Of a stretch of 63,832 nucleotides of DNA, positions 58,687-63,832 are shown piece by piece. How positions within the stretch are numbered: position 1 is the stretch's first letter; each line of letters begins with the position of its first letter. The notes under the pieces were generated by a model. It was not told where the DNA came from. It saw only the letters and a list, made by a program, of their open reading frames with translations, and did no database searches. The position numbers and the translations under genes are program-made. The DNA lies in the NCBI GenBank assembly GCA_030601705.1, contig JAUWBM010000002.1, positions 1-63,832 on the forward strand, read 5' to 3'. The DNA comes from Thermoplasmatota archaeon. GTDB lineage: Archaea > Thermoplasmatota > E2 > DHVEG-1.

Positions 58687-59465
58687 TTATTTTCACCACA
58701 AATTAACGTGTGCTTTGTTTTTTTTCCAATCAATGTATCATATAATCTGTTATCTACATTACCGTTCAATAAAACGATGTCTATACCTAAATTAGCAATG
58801 TTTTTTATAGTTTCAATTTTTCCCTCCATCCCCTTGGTAACGTCAGCATACCTATTGGAACTGGTTGTTAAGTTTTCTAACTCATCTATTGTAGATTTTT
58901 CTATAAACTCGGCATTTTTGTCAATTTTTGGATTTGAGGTATATAGGCCGTCTTCGTCTAGCGCAAATATTACTTTTTCTGGCTTGAAGTGTTCCGCAAG
59001 CATTTGTAAAAGAAGGTCACCTGAACAAATCGAAAAACCCAGTTTTTCATCTAATGTTACATCTCCAAAGGTTACTGGAGTGAATCCTTTATCCAGATAA
59101 TTTCTGAATACATTATAGTCCATTTTTACGGGTTTGTGATTGTCAAGTTTTAGTATAACATGTGGAGGAATTGAAACAGCAGCAATGCCATTGTCATGTA
59201 ATGAACTAAGAACCAATGAGTTTAATTTTTGAACCATTGCATGTGTAAGAGAAAAACCTTGCAGCTGCTCATCATTTTTATAACCCTGGTTTAAAGTATA
59301 CTCTTTTGCAAGAATATGTCCAAATGACCCTGCTCCATGAACTAATATAATGTCCTTGTTTGCCTTTTTAATTTCCATGGATAGTTTATCCGTTACTTCT
59401 TTCCTGAAAAAGTATTTTTTTGATTTGTCTGTGATTACGCTACCGCCAAGTTTTACAACAAACAT
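58683..59465 (-). CDS. ipk: isopentenyl phosphate kinase
   Basis: Amino-acid-kinase fold. VVKLGGSVITDK and LVHGAGSFGH. 4-nt overlap with fni. Confidence 0.88.
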   Translation of the reverse strand: MFVVKLGGSVITDKSKKYFFRKEVTDKLSMEIKKANKDIILVHGAGSFGHILAKEYTLNQGYKNDEQLQGFSLTHAMVQKLNSLVLSSLHDNGIAAVSIPPHVILKLDNHKPVKMDYNVFRNYLDKGFTPVTFGDVTLDEKLGFSICSGDLLLQMLAEHFKPEKVIFALDEDGLYTSNPKIDKNAEFIEKSTIDELENLTTSSNRYADVTKGMEGKIETIKNIANLGIDIVLLNGNVDNRLYDTLIGKKTKHTLICGENK

Positions 59466-59525
59466 CCTCTCCTACATTCAATTAGCTATAAAAAAGGATT
59501 TTGATGTCTTTTAGTTTTTTAACCC

Positions 59526-62500
59526 TCATAATTTTTGTTTTCTTTTTAAAACTATAGCAACTATAAGAACAAGTATTGCCAGTACAAACGCAACAAGTAT
59601 CCAAACAATTTTATCTAAAAATGTTTTTTGTTCAGTTTTGTGTGGATAACTAGTTGATCCAAAGGGCATGTGCCCATTAATTTCAATATCTGGATCATAT
59701 CTTAAAGTCTTGGGTCTCTCCCAATTATTGGCATCGCTAAAATCTGTACTAGGAACATACATTCTTAGATCGGGATCTCCGAAGTATACAACGTTTTCAG
59801 CTGAATCCCACCACCACTGTGGAGGACCACCATTATCTCCTAGATATAGAATACCGACATGGCTCATACCCTTTACATATGCCTCCCCCACAGTGTCACC
59901 GAGAATAATGTCTCTTGGGATAGATTGTCGCCAGATAGCTCCATACCACGATGTTGGCCATGGGTCTTGCACCTGGAATACTGAACCATGTCGTATCATC
60001 ATGAGATGAAAGTAGGTATTTGATGTTTGACATATGCTAGTGATGAATCCTGCAGAGTGAAGATTGTCTAATTGATTTTCCATTTGTGTTGCATTTTTCT
60101 TTGCCAATGGGTATTTTGAAAAGCTAAGTGTTCCAGTTAATCCGTCGTATAGATTCTCTGTTTTCAATCTAAACGGAATGATTCTAATGATATCTAAAAA
60201 GTCATTAATTCTCTCCTTAACAGGTTTACGAGCAAGTACCCAATCCATACCCATAGCAGGAATAAACAGAGACCGGTGATTCGTAAAAGGTATAAAACCC
60301 TGCATATCCATTGACATTGTATCTGGTTCTTCAGTTGAACCAAGTTCCCAATCATAGCCCCTCCAAGGGTTTTCTTCTTTGGTAGCACCGGCAAACGGTT
60401 TTATTAATCTATGGTTTTTAAAACCTTCTTCAGGATCCCAGAATAATGTTGTACCTCCGTCATTTTGTAAACCGTGTGAAGCGTGTATCCATAAAATCAC
60501 TCCCTGGTTTAAATTATCTACAACTGCCTCAAGTTTAGTTGAAAAAACAGTGTCAAATCCTCCCTTTTTCAAATAAAATGGAATTACCTCTGTTTCTGAC
60601 ATATCTGGGAAATATGCTCCATCTACTCCATAGTGTTTTTTGTTTACACCTTGATCAATGAGTTCCATCGTAGTTGTTTCTCCAGGGATTAAACCATCAG
60701 CACATTGATATTTTGACCCGTAGTATTTACTCGCTCTTTCATTAAATCGATATTTATGAGTTACAAAAGAGCACAACACAGGATACTTAAATTTCTCATC
60801 TCCAGATTCACGTTCTATAACAAGCGTGTTTAACAAAGGCTTTCTGAGCAGGCCTCTAAATCCATTTCTTTCACTAACACTTCCATTAATTAGTGTTATT
60901 GAATTTTCAGATCCTACTGCGGGGTTTACAAAAATCAGTCCAGGATAAAATACAGAGCGGCTAATCCAATACGATGTATCAATTGGGGTGCCCCATATCC
61001 TACCAGTTTTTGCTTCTCCTACAAAAACACGGTCCCATGGGATACCTATGTCATACTGACCAGCGACAGTAATTATTGTTTCTCTCCCTACCTGGTCGAA
61101 CTCGTTTTCTCTGAGAAAACTGTATACCCTTCGTCCCGTTAACACCATATCAGCTACTGATGGGATGTGTTTATAGCGTTCAGCCACATAATTTCTCCAG
61201 AATTGATTATGCCATACGACCGCTGAGGAAAGTTGTGGATGCATATCAACAAGTAAAACTGGACTGCCATGATGAGCGGCGAGATATGCAGCTGGTCCTA
61301 AAAATAGTGCAGCTTCTGTTTCTCCACCGGGTTTTAATTCTTTAACATACCAATATGTCCATGGGTCAATAGTGGAAAATATCACATCATTACTTTTGGT
61401 AATCGAACGAATGTGATTATATACCTGAGGGAGATCTATAAAATGTTCTTTTATTTTGAAATTATTTTTTATTCTTGCTATTGATTGTGAGGAAAGTTTA
61501 TTCCCTATATCTATAAGATAGACATATTTAACTCCGAGTTGTAATAATGTCTTTTCTGTAATTTCTGGAAGCACATCATGTGACATATACAAAAGTGGGG
61601 CATTAATGGTACTTGCAAGCACTGCCCCTTCTGTTGCTGATGCAAGAGCATTACCTTCTGTTTCTGAGAATTGTTGCTCCCACTCACATTCAATTTCAAA
61701 ATCAATAGGGGCTGTGATATCATCTAATGTAAAAACACTTATAGAGTAGTTTTCTCCAGACAAACATTCACCAAGCTGATGTATGTACATTTCTTGAAAA
61801 TCAGTGTTGCTTTCATTAATTGATGTAAAAATCACTTCCCCACTGGGACCAATGAGTGAAAAACCTAAGCAGACATTCGGATTTTCCCATATTAACTTGA
61901 AGTGTGCATTTCTACATCCAAATGGTGGGTTATCTGGAATATCTATTTCTATTCCAGGATACAAGGTAACATCAACATGATAATTTACTGTACGTCCTAG
62001 TGCCTTCAATAAAGAACCTTGAATTGTTATTAATCCCCCAAACCTACTTTTTCGTGGAGCTTCTCCTTCGGTGGGATAATCTGTTATTCCTATTCTCCAT
62101 GAGCCGGGGTTATATACATGACCGTACGTATATTCATGACCAATTGGCGAATAAACATTCCATTGTGCAACAGCAGCAGTTTGCATCCATTTTCCGTCCT
62201 TTTGGCAGTATAGTTGGAGATCAGGATCCCCAGTAGGAATCATTACTCCTGCCAAGATTATGCCATCCCACCACGCTTCCGCTTTGATGTATTTGTACTT
62301 ACTCTCTACATTAAACTCATGATACACAGGATTTAATGAGTTTGTCTGTTGGATTTCAAAGACGGATAATTCAGATACACATTCTTTTGGAAAGGTTCCC
62401 TTTACAGTGTTTGAAAATTTTTTGTTAGGTTTTTCAAAGTCTTCTTCTATTATTGCAATGACTGCATTGTCCGAATATGACCAATCGTAACTTGCTATTT

Positions 62501-62993
62501 GACTGGCAAGATTATAAGGGTCTGATCCTTCCATGGTAATATAATCTGATGCGTCCCATTCTTTTAGTTTGTCTTTTTCTACATTAATCCCTATTATTTG
62601 ATCGAGTCGATAGTCACAAAATGAAATCCAATCTTGCATGAAATAGTCAATTCCGGGGTATGCGTTTAATATCTCCTCTTTTTTGTCATAATTTTTGATT
62701 CGGTCTTGATAAAATAATAAAGGACTGGATAGTAATTGGTTTCCATCGTTAAAAACAGCAGTGGGAATTGATGCAAGATATGCATAGTCATCCAGGTAGC
62801 TGTTTTCATCATAGTTTACGAATGTAGTTTTTTTTAGAGGAACAACTGGTTTGTATGAAACACCTTGAGTATATCCTTCTGTTTGAATGTCGCTTATGCT
62901 AGCACCGATTGTAGGTATAAGAACATTTGCCAGCATGAAAAAAATAATAATCGAAACAAAAAAGATATTTAACCTATCTACTTTGGAATTCAT
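59526..62993 (-). CDS. 1155-aa exported, C-terminally anchored protein, possible clan CD (gingipain/C25-like) peptidase
   Basis: N-terminal signal/anchor and C-terminal TM plus KRKQKL. VILWIHASHG and GFITSICQT resemble the clan CD His-Gly and Cys strands, but they are ~150 aa apart. Confidence 0.35.
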   Translation of the reverse strand: MNSKVDRLNIFFVSIIIFFMLANVLIPTIGASISDIQTEGYTQGVSYKPVVPLKKTTFVNYDENSYLDDYAYLASIPTAVFNDGNQLLSSPLLFYQDRIKNYDKKEEILNAYPGIDYFMQDWISFCDYRLDQIIGINVEKDKLKEWDASDYITMEGSDPYNLASQIASYDWSYSDNAVIAIIEEDFEKPNKKFSNTVKGTFPKECVSELSVFEIQQTNSLNPVYHEFNVESKYKYIKAEAWWDGIILAGVMIPTGDPDLQLYCQKDGKWMQTAAVAQWNVYSPIGHEYTYGHVYNPGSWRIGITDYPTEGEAPRKSRFGGLITIQGSLLKALGRTVNYHVDVTLYPGIEIDIPDNPPFGCRNAHFKLIWENPNVCLGFSLIGPSGEVIFTSINESNTDFQEMYIHQLGECLSGENYSISVFTLDDITAPIDFEIECEWEQQFSETEGNALASATEGAVLASTINAPLLYMSHDVLPEITEKTLLQLGVKYVYLIDIGNKLSSQSIARIKNNFKIKEHFIDLPQVYNHIRSITKSNDVIFSTIDPWTYWYVKELKPGGETEAALFLGPAAYLAAHHGSPVLLVDMHPQLSSAVVWHNQFWRNYVAERYKHIPSVADMVLTGRRVYSFLRENEFDQVGRETIITVAGQYDIGIPWDRVFVGEAKTGRIWGTPIDTSYWISRSVFYPGLIFVNPAVGSENSITLINGSVSERNGFRGLLRKPLLNTLVIERESGDEKFKYPVLCSFVTHKYRFNERASKYYGSKYQCADGLIPGETTTMELIDQGVNKKHYGVDGAYFPDMSETEVIPFYLKKGGFDTVFSTKLEAVVDNLNQGVILWIHASHGLQNDGGTTLFWDPEEGFKNHRLIKPFAGATKEENPWRGYDWELGSTEEPDTMSMDMQGFIPFTNHRSLFIPAMGMDWVLARKPVKERINDFLDIIRIIPFRLKTENLYDGLTGTLSFSKYPLAKKNATQMENQLDNLHSAGFITSICQTSNTYFHLMMIRHGSVFQVQDPWPTSWYGAIWRQSIPRDIILGDTVGEAYVKGMSHVGILYLGDNGGPPQWWWDSAENVVYFGDPDLRMYVPSTDFSDANNWERPKTLRYDPDIEINGHMPFGSTSYPHKTEQKTFLDKIVWILVAFVLAILVLIVAIVLKRKQKL

Positions 62994-63117
62994 TATGTGT
63001 TCACCTAAATTTTAATAGATATTAAATAAAAACAGATATTAATTATAAATAGTTTTTTATTTATATACTGGAAAAAACTTGGCAAAATAAAAGTATTTTA
63101 AAAATTGGGAAGGGAGT

Positions 63118-63357
63118 TTATTTTCGTTTAGAAAAAAGAGGCTTATCTTTATTTTGTTCATGTATTAGCCAGAGGGCAATAGGCATACCACATCCAGGAT
63201 CTTGCATAGTGCTTCTCGACCATTCCATTATATCATTTTCTGAAGTGTTTTTGGAACATTCTTCACAGACAAAAATTTTGTCGTTAAATACCAGTCCAGA
63301 TTGATGCTCATGTAAATGAAATTTATTTTGACAAATACCGCAAATTTTTTCAGACAT
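63118..63357 (-). CDS. small zinc-finger protein (hypothetical)
   Basis: CGIC...CEEC. 79 aa. Confidence 0.45.
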   Translation of the reverse strand: MSEKICGICQNKFHLHEHQSGLVFNDKIFVCEECSKNTSENDIMEWSRSTMQDPGCGMPIALWLIHEQNKDKPLFSKRK

Positions 63358-63609
63358 ATATACTCCTCATTAACCACTTCTAAATTTCTGTTAGTTGGTA
63401 TCTCTAATGAATTTAAAGATAAAAATCTTTTGGATAGATGATAAAAAGAGAGAGAGGATGGGATGAATCTGAAAATATAATTGGCAGAAATGCCAGCTTA
63501 GTAGGAGGCTGGCATGTCCCCCGCATCTCACGTCTTATTGATCCAGTAAAGTTCTTTTTTATTTATATATATGAGAAGGGGGTAACCGAAAGTATTACCT
63601 GGCTCTGTC

Positions 63610-63832
63610 TCAAAAGTATTCCTCCTCGACGATTTTTCGTGCCAAGATCATGAGGTTATATACGATGATTTTCAATGCAATTTCTACATGTTGAATGTTT
63701 CGTTTTATAGAAGAAACGTAACCTCCAAGCTTTCTTTTCAAAGCTGAAAAGACAGCTTCAATATTTGAACGTTGATGATACTTTTTCATCCATTCATCAG
63801 GATTCTGTTGAAATTGTTCAACCATTTCGGTA
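63610..63832 (-). mobile_element. IS5-like (DDE) transposase gene, 3' portion only (start lies beyond window)
   Basis: YHQRSNIEAVFSALKRKLGGYV resembles the C-terminal catalytic-E region of IS4/IS5-type transposases. The reading frame stays open to the window end. Confidence 0.65.

Noticed and set aside
1-63832. CRISPR arrays, restriction-modification, toxin-antitoxin, prophage or other defence islands
   Set aside because: I saw no regularly spaced direct repeats. I also saw no cas, integrase, helicase-nuclease or methyltransferase-endonuclease pairs. The only mobile-element trace is the truncated transposase at the right edge.

Overview
AT-rich archaeal chromosomal segment. Archaeal hallmarks: aEF-1beta with its Zn-ribbon partner, Pelota, archaeal-type GluRS, isopentenyl phosphate kinase plus type-2 IDI, an initiator tRNA with A1:U72, and a bulge-helix-bulge tRNA intron. 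The window is densely coding (about 60 genes) and mostly housekeeping. It holds scattered purine genes (purL, purS, purM, purF), thiL, pyrF, and a translationally coupled NFACT-pelota ribosome-rescue pair. It also holds a glycogen cluster (glgP, debranching enzyme, GH57 amylase, glycogen synthase), an isoprenoid operon (ipk-fni-GGPPS-gltX) and an envelope glycosylation cluster (three GTs, radical SAM, flippase-like protein). Exported or anchored peptidases are conspicuous: a C13-like lipoprotein, an anchored C15 pyroglutamyl peptidase, an M14 carboxypeptidase with a PKD domain, and a 1155-aa anchored protein. I saw no rRNA, CRISPR array, prophage or recognisable defence genes. A truncated IS5-like transposase gene sits at the right edge. 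The most unusual supportable feature is a tRNA-Leu(UAG) gene on the minus strand (6064-6503). It is interrupted at the canonical 37/38 position by a 357-nt intron with a textbook helix-bulge-helix-bulge-helix splice motif, and the intron carries a helix-turn-helix ORF and two perfect palindromes. The ORF track shows only spurious ORFs there, and default tRNA scanners may miss it. Secondary leads: a DMT permease fused to an Lrp/AsnC RAM domain next to a stand-alone RAM protein; a radical SAM-HhH protein in an operon with a dsRBD-less RNase III carrying a D-to-N active-site change; a GC/purine-rich 480-nt noncoding island (candidate structured RNA, RNase P-like motifs, unproven); and several large structured intergenic spacers. 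All calls come from reading the sequence and motif recall, with no database searches.
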